From positions 66,096-130,095 of the forward strand of contig CAYSOT010000001.1 in assembly GCA_964432765.1 (NCBI GenBank): a stretch of 64,000 nucleotides of DNA, given 5' to 3'. Shown here in pieces: positions 55,465-64,000 of the stretch (position 1 is the first letter of the stretch; the number at the start of each line of letters is the position of its first letter). The notes beneath the pieces were generated by a model. It was not told where the DNA came from. It saw only the letters and a program-made list of their open reading frames with translations, and did no database searches. This stretch comes from an uncultured Candidatus Saccharibacteria bacterium. GTDB taxonomy: Bacteria > Patescibacteriota > SICC01 > CAYSOT01. A program made the translations under genes and the position numbers.

Positions 55465-56158
55465 ACTCTTCCTCGCCCAGACCGGTGTCCGGATCCGCTA
55501 CAAGACTCCTAACATCGTGCTCGCCAACCGCAATTTCCAGGATCGGTCGATCATTAAAAAATGTGAAGCCGTGCATCATGGTGCCTGATTCTTTTGGAAC
55601 CAGCTCCGAGACTTGGCGATCTAACGCCCCCTCGAGAGGCGTATAAAGGTTAGATCCCAAATCAGAACGCAACGAATCGTGAATTACTAAGGGACTAGCT
55701 TGTGCTCTCCCGGCACGCGCTCCGTGCACTGCATGTGTTTCAGTTGGAAAGGCCCAGCAAAATCCGCTTTGATCAAACCTGAGGCCACCTCCTGATAAAA
55801 TTCCAAGACCGTGCGATTCGACCGCGAAAGGATCGGTTAAACCCTTTCCGAATGTGTGTCCGGCGTATTTAATTTCGCGAAAAACAACGAGCACCGGCTC
55901 GCCGGCATGAGCTCTAACCTGTGCATCCAAATTTCGGTACAGGTCTGCGACCTCTGGATCAAACCCCTCTACGCGACGAATCGAAAAGTCGAGTGCTTGA
56001 TCCCCGGTTGTTTCGCCATCACGTATACGTTCAAACAGCTCTCTATTGCGTTCGGCAACCAACGCTTCTGCCTCTTCTGTCTTTGCCTCGGCTGCCCCAA
56101 CCGCGTGCTGCGCGTCTCTTACCGCTTCGATAGCTCCATGTATTTCAGCGTCTGGCAT
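55397..56158 (-). CDS. Hypothetical protein (253 aa)
   Basis: It sits in an operon with the methyltransferase. No domain is recognised. Confidence 0.4.
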   Translation of the reverse strand: MPDAEIHGAIEAVRDAQHAVGAAEAKTEEAEALVAERNRELFERIRDGETTGDQALDFSIRRVEGFDPEVADLYRNLDAQVRAHAGEPVLVVFREIKYAGHTFGKGLTDPFAVESHGLGILSGGGLRFDQSGFCWAFPTETHAVHGARAGRAQASPLVIHDSLRSDLGSNLYTPLEGALDRQVSELVPKESGTMMHGFTFFNDRPILEIAVGEHDVRSLVADPDTGLGEEEYAKMLDSLLRLPIERGPGQNNG

Positions 56159-56224
56159 ATCGACTCCTTATCGCTTTGCTAACGGAAAATCCTACCACAC
56201 CCAGTCAGCACTTAACAGGCCTTC

Positions 56225-57856
56225 TTAGTGCGTTCGGGGCAAGCGGCAGGAACTGAAAACACCAAGCAGCCCGACTACTGCCAGCGCTATAACTGAGGCA
56301 GCAAGTGCTTTGTCGCGCGCCTGATCGTTGATCGATTGTACCTCGCTAACAACTTCCTGTGGTTGCCCCTCGAGGTAGGTATTGAGTTGCGCATCACTTA
56401 CTACTTCCACCTTTCCCTGCACCTTCGGCTCTAATTCTTGCTTCTGCGCGTCTGTAAGAACACTGCTCTGGGCAATGAGATTCTGGCCAGTCGTCGACAA
56501 GACAACTACCACAACTGAACCGGCCACGGCCGTACCAAGCGACCCGCCAAGATTCTGAAATGTAGACATGATTCCAGAGGCTTCGCTCGTTTGGCTAGGT
56601 CTTACAGATGACTGCACAAGGTTCATCAGCTGCGAAGCGACGAGCCCAATGCCAGTACCAACCAGCAGCATTGTCGGTATAAACTCGACCCCTGAAGCGC
56701 TTTTGCCAATATTTAGACCAGCCAGCACAACTCCGACTAAAATGACTACAAAACCGCTCTGAATAATGCGACGAGATGAAAACCTTGCAGCAATTCTCGC
56801 CCCCTGGCTCGCAACGGCTAGCACCGCGATCGAAAGCGGTAAGAGCGTTAAGCCGGTTTGGAATGCGGAATAGTTGAGCGCCACTTGCAAGAATAGCGAG
56901 AAGGAAAAGATAAGGCCTGCCATGACTACTTGCATGGCTAATTGTGTGACAGCTGCTGGACGAAGTGTGCGCTGAGAAAAAAGTTCTGGCGTTACGAGAA
57001 ATGGTTTCTTCAGGCGAAACCTTCTCCACTGCCACGCAATAAAGAAACCAAGAATCATAACTCCGAGCGCGACCGTCCAGATCACCGGGGAGATTCCGCC
57101 CTTACTGATAATCGTAGTGTTACCGAGCATGAAGTCTTGCCGTGCCACAAAGAAACCGTAGGTATTCGCCATCAGCACACCGGCAACAATTGTTGTCAAA
57201 CCAAGTGCAGACAGGATAAGTCCGATTGAATCGAAGCCTTTTGTGACAGTAGCCACCGGAGCGTCTTTTATAGAGCGACGGTTAAGAAGAACGTAGAGCA
57301 CGACAAGCACTTCACCGATAAAACCCCACCGCCAAGACGCGTACGTCGTCAGCAATCCACCCACGATAGGTCCTGCCGCTGCGCCAAGTGCGGCAATTGC
57401 CGCCAAAGTCCCATAGGCCTTTACTCGCTCGGCGCCCTCGCGGAAGTTACCAGTCACAAGAGACATCATTGCTGGGATAACAAGTGCGGCACCGACGCCC
57501 TCAAGAAACGACCAGCCAAAGATCAAAGTAGGAAGATTTTGGCTTAGTCCGGTGATAAACGATCCGACACCGTAAATCACCAGGCCGATAGTAAAGGCTC
57601 TTTTACGACCAATGATGTCGCCGATCTTGGCGCCAGCAATCATTAATGACGCCATAACAAGTGAGTAAAGGGTGATCGCTGATTGAATTCCGGTGACAGT
57701 CGTATCGAGATCTTTAACGAGTGTCGAAATCGACACGTTCATGAAGGTCGTATCTAGCGTAAATACGAACTGGGCCAAAGCGAGTAATAGTATTATTTGT
57801 TTCGAATTCATACCGCATTTATCGTGCGCGCAATTGCTGGTCGATTCAACTGCCAC
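56225..57856 (-). CDS. MFS transporter (DHA2-like, 14 TM)
   Basis: Motif A-like GDIIGRKR, multiple TM helices, and MFS-typical LDTTFMNVSI near the N-terminus. The start is probably Met 57811. Confidence 0.8.
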   Translation of the reverse strand: MAVESTSNCAHDKCGMNSKQIILLLALAQFVFTLDTTFMNVSISTLVKDLDTTVTGIQSAITLYSLVMASLMIAGAKIGDIIGRKRAFTIGLVIYGVGSFITGLSQNLPTLIFGWSFLEGVGAALVIPAMMSLVTGNFREGAERVKAYGTLAAIAALGAAAGPIVGGLLTTYASWRWGFIGEVLVVLYVLLNRRSIKDAPVATVTKGFDSIGLILSALGLTTIVAGVLMANTYGFFVARQDFMLGNTTIISKGGISPVIWTVALGVMILGFFIAWQWRRFRLKKPFLVTPELFSQRTLRPAAVTQLAMQVVMAGLIFSFSLFLQVALNYSAFQTGLTLLPLSIAVLAVASQGARIAARFSSRRIIQSGFVVILVGVVLAGLNIGKSASGVEFIPTMLLVGTGIGLVASQLMNLVQSSVRPSQTSEASGIMSTFQNLGGSLGTAVAGSVVVVVLSTTGQNLIAQSSVLTDAQKQELEPKVQGKVEVVSDAQLNTYLEGQPQEVVSEVQSINDQARDKALAASVIALAVVGLLGVFSSCRLPRTH

Positions 57857-58034
57857 TCAAGTAAAGCGTGACGCAGGGCTCACTTATTGCCATTTTATCG
57901 ACAGATTGTAAAAGCCAATAAAGATCTAGAATATATCAGCGGAGCTTTTACCTTCGTATCACCATTGCGGCACTGATCGCACCTTAATCAACCGCGATCG
58001 TTTGACTTGTTCCAGACCGGCGGCTTGTCTTGAG

Positions 58035-58448
58035 CTACGTCCCAATAAGGCCGATTACGACCCCCATAACCAGGAGTGTCACAAGTTCGTTGCCGACATT
58101 AAGCAATGTTAGCTTTCCTGGCCTTCCCTCAAATAGATCGTGGGCGAGGAACCGCACCGCTATAAACCCGAGCCATAGCCAGAAAGCAGTAGTTACAGCA
58201 TCACTCAAGAAGCTGTGCTCGAAATACTGGTTTGCCAAATATGCGACATGAGCCAGAACGTACGCTGTTATTACGCTGGCGACAAACATTACAATCAGTG
58301 GCACAACTGGGCTACCACCATCCATTTTTACCTTTGCCAAACGCATCCATGTGGCTCCGAAAACACCACGCGCATACCAGATGCTTCCCACGACCATTGA
58401 GCTTGCCGCAGCAGCGAGAACTCCCAAATAGTTCACTTGTACGTCCAT
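58035..58448 (-). CDS. DUF1761-like small membrane protein
   Basis: It has four TM helices (VNYLGVLAAAASSMVVGSIWY...). The track ORF starts at 58532, but the Met at 58448 is the likely start. Confidence 0.45.
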   Translation of the reverse strand: MDVQVNYLGVLAAAASSMVVGSIWYARGVFGATWMRLAKVKMDGGSPVVPLIVMFVASVITAYVLAHVAYLANQYFEHSFLSDAVTTAFWLWLGFIAVRFLAHDLFEGRPGKLTLLNVGNELVTLLVMGVVIGLIGT

Positions 58449-58583
58449 CGACCCTCCTTCTTTAATGCGCTCATTGTAGCTCTGATATGACCCGCTGCAA
58501 GCCAAAGTTGCGTGGATAGGCGGGCACATCAAAACCTACCTGCATCACAAGTGCTGCAGGTACGGCTAAACTGCTCTGTCGTG

Positions 58584-59705
58584 CTATTTACTGAGTTCCG
58601 CTTGCGCTTTGAGCATATCAATCAAAGCTGAAAGTTGACTCGCGACCTTAACCTCGCCTGGAACATTCCTGAGGCTTTGTTCAGCCCTGGCCAGCAAGTC
58701 GGATATTCTTCGTCTACCGGCAGCAAGCGCACCTGTGGATTCAAAAAGATCGCTGACTTGCTCCACTTCAGGTTCCGTAATCGGTGAGCCGAGCCAGCCG
58801 CTTAGTTTTCGCTGCTGCGCAGGACTGCCATGATCAAAAACGTATTGTGTAAAGAAGGTGTGCTGATGCTCGCGAATATCCGAGTAGCGTGCTTGCACAC
58901 CCTTTGCACTGTCCCCGGTAAGGTCTTTGAGATCGTCGAGCATTTGAAATGCTTCACCTATTGCTTCTCCGAACTCGGAGCACCATTCTGCGAGGTCTGG
59001 GCTACCACCTGCCAGAGCAACACCTAGTTGCATCGGCCTGGTAAACGTATACCCAGCGGTTTTGAGTCTGGTTTTTCGCGCAACGATATCTGAAGTCACG
59101 GCCTGTCTGCTCATAGCATCGACGTCGACCATCTGGCCAACCACTACATCTTCGACCATGTTTTTGACTACTTTGTTAGCAGATTCTCGCTGCGTATCGC
59201 TAAACCCGTCGGCACTATTTAGGCGCTGCTGGGACCAGTAGAAAATGAGGTCGCCTACCAACATTGCTTGACCTTCGCCTATTTGCGATACATCTCCGAC
59301 TCGTCCTTCTTCAGCCATTCGTCGCGAAATTTCTACATGCAACGTTGGCTGACGATGTCTTACCGCGCTGTGATCGATGATGTCGTCGTGTATGAGGCAA
59401 AACGTATGAAAGAGTTCTACCCCTGCTGCATAGTGCATCGCATATTCAGTCTGCCTACCGCCCGTCGCTTCAAACATAACCATCAAAACGTATGGACGGA
59501 TTCGTTTGCCGTGAATAGCAAACGTTTCGAGCAAGTACTCAAAGTATTCATCCAGATACGGATCCTCGGTAGTTGAGCGTATCTCAGCAAGGTGTTTACG
59601 CAGGATTTTGCCAAAGACCAAATCGAAACGCTGCTTAAAATCATGTAGCGTTTCGCTTACCCCGTTACTTCGGGAAGAATCTTTTGCCTGCTCGTTGATT
59701 CTCAT
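58584..59705 (-). CDS. Polyprenyl diphosphate synthase (trans-isoprenyl diphosphate synthase family)
   Basis: The first DDxxD motif is CLIHDDIIDHS and the second is FQMLDDLKDL. Confidence 0.85.
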   Translation of the reverse strand: MRINEQAKDSSRSNGVSETLHDFKQRFDLVFGKILRKHLAEIRSTTEDPYLDEYFEYLLETFAIHGKRIRPYVLMVMFEATGGRQTEYAMHYAAGVELFHTFCLIHDDIIDHSAVRHRQPTLHVEISRRMAEEGRVGDVSQIGEGQAMLVGDLIFYWSQQRLNSADGFSDTQRESANKVVKNMVEDVVVGQMVDVDAMSRQAVTSDIVARKTRLKTAGYTFTRPMQLGVALAGGSPDLAEWCSEFGEAIGEAFQMLDDLKDLTGDSAKGVQARYSDIREHQHTFFTQYVFDHGSPAQQRKLSGWLGSPITEPEVEQVSDLFESTGALAAGRRRISDLLARAEQSLRNVPGEVKVASQLSALIDMLKAQAELSK

Positions 59706-59796
59706 TCGTTATTCACTTTCAAAAACAATGCGCTCAGCTTCTTCGCGCTCATCATACACCTGACCAAACAAAAACGATTGATGCTCGCCGATATCT

Positions 59797-60198
59797 CTAG
59801 GCAGCGACTGGAGCTGCTTGCTCTATACGCGTGAGCACACCAAAAATTCTGTCTGGTCCCAGGGTTCTTTCGACTGGATGTTTGTGGTGCGGTATCGGCA
59901 GAAATTGTGTTGCCAGGCCGCCATCCGGAGAAATCTTTACGACTCCACTAAGTGGCCGTTCGTTTCGATCCCAGAAATGGACTTCATAGGATCCATTGTC
60001 GCACTGATGAAGAGCTATTCTCCCTTCATCGTCCTCTCTACTGACCTGTATAAAATGCAAACCTCGCACCGCGTCGGTTACGGCAGAACTGTCTTCGCTT
60101 TGTTGCTCAAATGCGTCTTCGCAGACTTTTTTAAGGTCTGCAGGTGTTGCAGTTTCAGCGGTTACCTCGCGATCAACTGATTGAATTTCTGTGTCCAT
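59797..60198 (-). CDS. Hypothetical protein (133 aa)
   Basis: No motif is recognised. It has the same orientation as the two paralogous genes upstream. Confidence 0.35.
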   Translation of the reverse strand: MDTEIQSVDREVTAETATPADLKKVCEDAFEQQSEDSSAVTDAVRGLHFIQVSREDDEGRIALHQCDNGSYEVHFWDRNERPLSGVVKISPDGGLATQFLPIPHHKHPVERTLGPDRIFGVLTRIEQAAPVAA

Positions 60199-60248
60199 AA
60201 AACGAACCGTTGAATATCCTACTCCGAGAGCGGCAAAAGCAACAAGCC

Positions 60249-60779
60249 TTACTCACTTCCTTGTTCGATGAAGTGTGAACCTGCGACGAGGTCGGGAAGC
60301 GACTCTGCAAGTTCTGTAGCTGCCACCGAGCGACTCGTTTCGGCAGTGTCTACCACCCCAACCTGATATGGTTTTGCGAGCTCTGGATGTGAGTCAGGTG
60401 ATTGAGTTAAGACGGCTGCGTAGTGTTTTCCGTGCTCTGCAATACTGCCCGCCGGTCCTGGATCACCCCATTTTTGTAAAATAAGCGTATCTCCATTTGG
60501 CAATTCTTTTGTGAGCGTTATGCTTCGCCTGGTATAGAGCACTTTTCCACTCCGGGTTTTGTGTTCCCAGTCCTTTGCTGCACACCCTTCATAACGGTCA
60601 GGGTTAGTACCGGCTTGGGCTATTGCGGATTCAACTCCACCTTTTAGTGACTTTGTTGCTCGCTGTTCGCGTTCTCTTCGCTCCGCACGAGCAGCCTCCA
60701 CTCGGCTCTCGCGCTCTTGGCGTCGTTTATAGCCAGGCACAAATCGCTCGAATCCTCCTCGTTCTGGTGAAACACTCAT
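60249..60779 (-). CDS. Hypothetical protein, paralog B of tandem pair (charged N-terminus; conserved KWG and LPDLVA-x-x-H motifs)
   Basis: SGKVLYTRRSITL...LILQKWGDPGPAG...ELAESLPDLVAGSHFIEQGSE aligns with the upstream neighbour. Confidence 0.45.
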   Translation of the reverse strand: MSVSPERGGFERFVPGYKRRQERESRVEAARAERREREQRATKSLKGGVESAIAQAGTNPDRYEGCAAKDWEHKTRSGKVLYTRRSITLTKELPNGDTLILQKWGDPGPAGSIAEHGKHYAAVLTQSPDSHPELAKPYQVGVVDTAETSRSVAATELAESLPDLVAGSHFIEQGSE

Positions 60780-60802
60780 ATCTTTTCCTTATCGAAACTT
60801 AA

Positions 60803-61279
60803 TTACTCGCTTGCGTTTTGGATCATCTCCGATTCTGAGGGAATGTGGCCACGTGCCACCAAGTCTGGTAACTGCCGCGCCAGCTCACGCTGCTCATCCG
60901 TCCGATTTGTAGCAAGATCGGCAATGGCTATCTTCGACGCATCTCCGCCTTCGCCCGTCTTTAACAACACCGCACCGCGACAGGCGCCGCGCTCGTTGAT
61001 TCCATCCGCGGTGTCGTTGCTCGGGCCCCATTTTGCCAGAAAGAGTCGATCGCCACTTTCGGTAATGATAGTGCATTCTTGCTTGCGCATCACAATCGAC
61101 TGGCCACCAGATCGCATCGTCCAAACTTCTTCAGACGCGCCGGGGACGCGACGAAGATCGCGACCACAGCGTTCAAGGGACGCATCTACACCCTCAGTTA
61201 ACCCGCGCTGCTGGCGCTGATAATCAGACTCAACAGTGTGTTCTGGTTCGGGACTATCTGTTTCTGGATGAGTACTCAT
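60803..61279 (-). CDS. Hypothetical protein, paralog A of tandem pair
   Basis: SGGQSIVMRKQECTI...LFLAKWGPSNDTADG...ELARQLPDLVARGHIPSESE aligns with the downstream neighbour. Confidence 0.45.
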   Translation of the reverse strand: MSTHPETDSPEPEHTVESDYQRQQRGLTEGVDASLERCGRDLRRVPGASEEVWTMRSGGQSIVMRKQECTIITESGDRLFLAKWGPSNDTADGINERGACRGAVLLKTGEGGDASKIAIADLATNRTDEQRELARQLPDLVARGHIPSESEMIQNASE

Positions 61280-61325
61280 ATGGATTTTTATAATTGGCTT
61301 ATCTTAGCACTTTTTTCGCTATTTT

Positions 61326-64000
61326 TCAAGCAGGAATAAGGGTTTTCCTCGAGCTTCTTGCCTGCCTTCGCGCTCTTTGGACTGTTGCGAGACGTTGGAT
61401 TTCACGAATGAGCAAAAAGAGCGCGGCTGCAGCGGCTGCAAAAGCCCAATCGATCAAAGACAATGGACCGGCGCCAAAATATGTATTGAGCGGCGAGTAA
61501 ATGATCGTTATGACACAGACAAGGCTGAGCGTCATGGCTCCCCAGAGAACTGCGTTATGTAATTGATAGCGACTAAACAACCCGTCCGGTGTACGGCGCT
61601 GCAAAATGTTGCCAAGCTGACACAGCACAATAGTGAGGTATGTCATAGCCGCCGCCTGCAGATGCAGAGCGCTCCCGCCCTGTAGAGCACTCGCCTCCAT
61701 TCCTCCCCTGCTAATCACACCCAGATAGTTAGCATAGGCGAGACCGCCGATAATAATTCCACACCAGAACAAATCAACAATATTCCACTTGCTCAAGATG
61801 TGGTCGTGAACATCCCGCGGTTCTTCATCAAGAAGATGACCATTCCCCCGATCCCAGCCAAGGGCTGCAATTGGAAATAACTCAGCAATAAGGTCGATCG
61901 CCAAAATAAGCATGACCGATATCGCGAGGGGTATGCCAAGCAGCGTCGCACAAGCAAGGCTGGTTAGATTTACAACGAGCTCTGCTGCGTTACTTGTAAA
62001 ACACGACAACGCACCCTTGTGAATATTTTGGTAAATCACCCGACCTTCCTTCACGGCACCGACCAGTGTATGGAAGCTATCGTCGAGGAGAATAATTTCA
62101 GACGATTGCTTGGCGACATCTGTCCCAGTTTTGCCCATCGCCACACCAATGTCCGCCCGTTTTAGCGCAGGTGCATCATTAATCCCGTCCCCAGTAACCG
62201 CAACTACATGGTCGTGTTCTTTTATAAGTGAAACGATTCGTAGCTTATGCTCCGGGCTCACCCGCGAAAAAATACACCCGCCACGCTCGATATAATGCAT
62301 AATCTGAGAATCGCTCATTGCATCAAGCTCATCACCCAGAACAACCGCTAGCTGAGACGGCTTACTCGCAAGCCCGGCCTTGATCGCGATAGCCTTGGCA
62401 GTCGGAGCAAAATCGCCAGTGATAATTGAGATTTTGATATGTGCGCGTCCTGCTTCTGCAAACGCCGCCGGGACTTCTTCGCGCAAAGGATCCATCATGC
62501 TGACCATGCCAAGCCACACAAGATTCTGCTCGGCATCAGGCATCTTTAAAGATGTATACTGCTCGTTATTGGTGAGCTTACGGTAGGCAAAACCCAGATT
62601 GCGTTTGGCTTGTTCTGCTCGCTGAAGATTGTAGTCCTGGATTAAACGTATTTGAGTTCGCTGCAGTTTCTTTTCTCCTGCCCCAGACTGCCAAGCAATG
62701 CATCGCTTAAGCACTTCTTCCGGAGCTCCTTTTACGAAGACATAGTATTCTCCGTCTATCTTCCGGATGGAACTCATCATTTTCCTGGCTGAATCAAAAG
62801 TAAACTCCTTAAGCTCTGGGGATGTTCGATCAAGCTCTGAAGGCTTTAGCCCCGCCTTGCGGGCAAGCGTGATGAGAGCACCCTCTGTCGGATCTCCGAC
62901 GCAGTACCAGGTTGCGTGCTCATCATCGGGTTCGTGTATCGAAGCATTGCTGGCATAGACTCCAGTTGCGAAGAAGCGTTCTAGTTTCGTAATTTCACTG
63001 GGTGATATTCGTTTACCGTCTTTTCTAATCTCGCCCTTGGGCTCATATCCCGTCTCAGTAATGGTGTAGATGTTTCCCTCGGCCATAAATTCATCAACGG
63101 TCATCTCGTTTTTTGTGAGAGTGCCTGTTTTGTCAGTACAAATCACGCTTGTCGCACCAAGCGTTTCTACCGCCGAGAGCTTTTTCACGAGCGCTCTGGC
63201 TCGCACTAATCGACCTGCCGCTTGGGCAAGCGCCGTATTAATCTCGGCCGGAAGTCCTTGAGGAATTATTGAGCTAGCAAATCCGATTGCAAACAAGAAT
63301 GCGTCTTTAATGCCCAGGTTGGCAGCAATCGCAATCGGTAACAGAAAAAGGCATAAAACGAGCGTCCCTATCGTTACACGTCCCGCGATGTGATTCATCT
63401 CTTTTTGCAGCGGCGACAATTCATTAGGCGTCGATTCACTCAGATTAGCGATTCTGCCAAGCTCGGTAGCCATGCCTGTCCCTACGACTACCCCAAAAGC
63501 ATGTCCTGTCGCGACAGTCGTACCCAAAAAAACAAGGTTTCCTCTGTTTCCCAGCGGAACTGTGCCGCTAATGGCGTGGGTAAATTTTCGACTCGGATTG
63601 CTTTCACCCGTAAGAGCAAAGTCGTTTGTCGACAATTCATATTCATCTATTACTCGAAGGTCAGCCGGAACAGCATCACCTTCTTCGATATAGACTATTT
63701 CGCCCGGAACAAGTTCAGATGCAGCAACTTCCTCGACTGCCCCTGCTCGCAAGACTTTAGCGGATGGTACGACGAGCTTCTCGAGAGATTCCATGATTCG
63801 CTCTGCCTTAAACTCCTGGGCGAAACCAATCGCCGTATTAAAGAGCACTAAGAATCCAAGCACCACAGCCGTACGAACATCGCCGAGATAGGCTGATAAG
63901 GCTGCGCTGACGACCAGCAGTAGAATAATGGTGTCTCGAAACTGTCGCAGGTACTTTCGAAGGTATGATTCCTTATTTACTTCGATTAGCCTGTTTTCGC
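61326..64000 (-). CDS. P-type cation-transporting ATPase (P2-type, Ca2+/Mg2+-like), N-terminus beyond window end
   Basis: CTDKTGTLT phosphorylation motif, TGDGINDAPAL hinge and PQGLPA transport motif. The reading frame stays open through 64000 (KYLRQFRDTIILLLVVSAALSAYLGDVRTAVVLG...), so the gene is partial. Confidence 0.9.
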   Translation of the reverse strand, partial: ENRLIEVNKESYLRKYLRQFRDTIILLLVVSAALSAYLGDVRTAVVLGFLVLFNTAIGFAQEFKAERIMESLEKLVVPSAKVLRAGAVEEVAASELVPGEIVYIEEGDAVPADLRVIDEYELSTNDFALTGESNPSRKFTHAISGTVPLGNRGNLVFLGTTVATGHAFGVVVGTGMATELGRIANLSESTPNELSPLQKEMNHIAGRVTIGTLVLCLFLLPIAIAANLGIKDAFLFAIGFASSIIPQGLPAEINTALAQAAGRLVRARALVKKLSAVETLGATSVICTDKTGTLTKNEMTVDEFMAEGNIYTITETGYEPKGEIRKDGKRISPSEITKLERFFATGVYASNASIHEPDDEHATWYCVGDPTEGALITLARKAGLKPSELDRTSPELKEFTFDSARKMMSSIRKIDGEYYVFVKGAPEEVLKRCIAWQSGAGEKKLQRTQIRLIQDYNLQRAEQAKRNLGFAYRKLTNNEQYTSLKMPDAEQNLVWLGMVSMMDPLREEVPAAFAEAGRAHIKISIITGDFAPTAKAIAIKAGLASKPSQLAVVLGDELDAMSDSQIMHYIERGGCIFSRVSPEHKLRIVSLIKEHDHVVAVTGDGINDAPALKRADIGVAMGKTGTDVAKQSSEIILLDDSFHTLVGAVKEGRVIYQNIHKGALSCFTSNAAELVVNLTSLACATLLGIPLAISVMLILAIDLIAELFPIAALGWDRGNGHLLDEEPRDVHDHILSKWNIVDLFWCGIIIGGLAYANYLGVISRGGMEASALQGGSALHLQAAAMTYLTIVLCQLGNILQRRTPDGLFSRYQLHNAVLWGAMTLSLVCVITIIYSPLNTYFGAGPLSLIDWAFAAAAAALFLLIREIQRLATVQRARRQARSSRKTLIPA

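Noticed and set aside
1-64000. Search for CRISPR arrays, transposases/integrases, restriction-modification, toxin-antitoxin or other defence modules
   Set aside because: There are no regularly spaced direct repeats. There is no DDE/serine/tyrosine recombinase. There are no helicase or nuclease pairs. The tRNA-flanking genes are a division protein and a NAT-like enzyme. I therefore do not claim a defence or mobile element in this window.

Overview
This is a gene-dense bacterial chromosomal segment of about 50% GC. Most genes lie on the minus strand and neighbouring genes often overlap by 4-20 nt, which suggests translational coupling. Gene content, read from the sequence only:

- **Partial genes at both window edges:** a recA N-terminus at the start and a P-type ATPase at the end.
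- **Cell envelope and division block:** rodZ-like, ftsK, murJ, ftsH, tilS, followed by a CAP-domain membrane protein and a large secreted PGRP-type amidase with four C-terminal repeat modules.
- **tRNAs:** three genes with a CAT anticodon (elongator Met, initiator fMet-like, and one resembling Ile2) flank an ftsB-like gene; tRNA-Pro(CGG) lies further on.
- **Regulators:** a CdaR/PucR-type regulator, a receiver-only response regulator, and an orphan Cache/PAS histidine kinase.
- **Fe-S cluster assembly operon:** a 12-gene minus-strand operon (sufC-x-x-sufB-sufD-sufS-S51-S51-sufU-x-DUF1858-ferredoxin) with unknown genes embedded.
- **Central and salvage metabolism:** 2-oxoacid:ferredoxin oxidoreductase, flavodoxin, GapN-type aldehyde dehydrogenase, superoxide dismutase, and a PduO-type adenosyltransferase / deoxynucleoside kinase / HD hydrolase trio.
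- **Transport and membrane proteins:** ABC-2 exporter, MMPL/RND exporter divergent from SppA, MFS transporter.
- **Other:** polyprenyl synthase.

The small-genome, salvage-oriented gene set and the envelope-remodelling gene set fit a reduced-genome bacterium such as a CPR/Patescibacteria (Saccharibacteria-like) organism. That taxonomic guess is inference only.

I found no CRISPR array, transposase, integrase or obvious defence system. The features that stand out are:

- a roughly 1.6 kb island of about 65% GC (44.5-46.06 kb) carrying two or three unknown genes;
- tandem paralog pairs of unknown proteins (60.2-61.3 kb; 35.3-36.6 kb; 27.7-28.9 kb);
- two unknown genes inserted between sufC and sufB;
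- a palindromic candidate SOS box in the recA promoter;
- a terminator-bounded ORF-free segment that may encode a small RNA.
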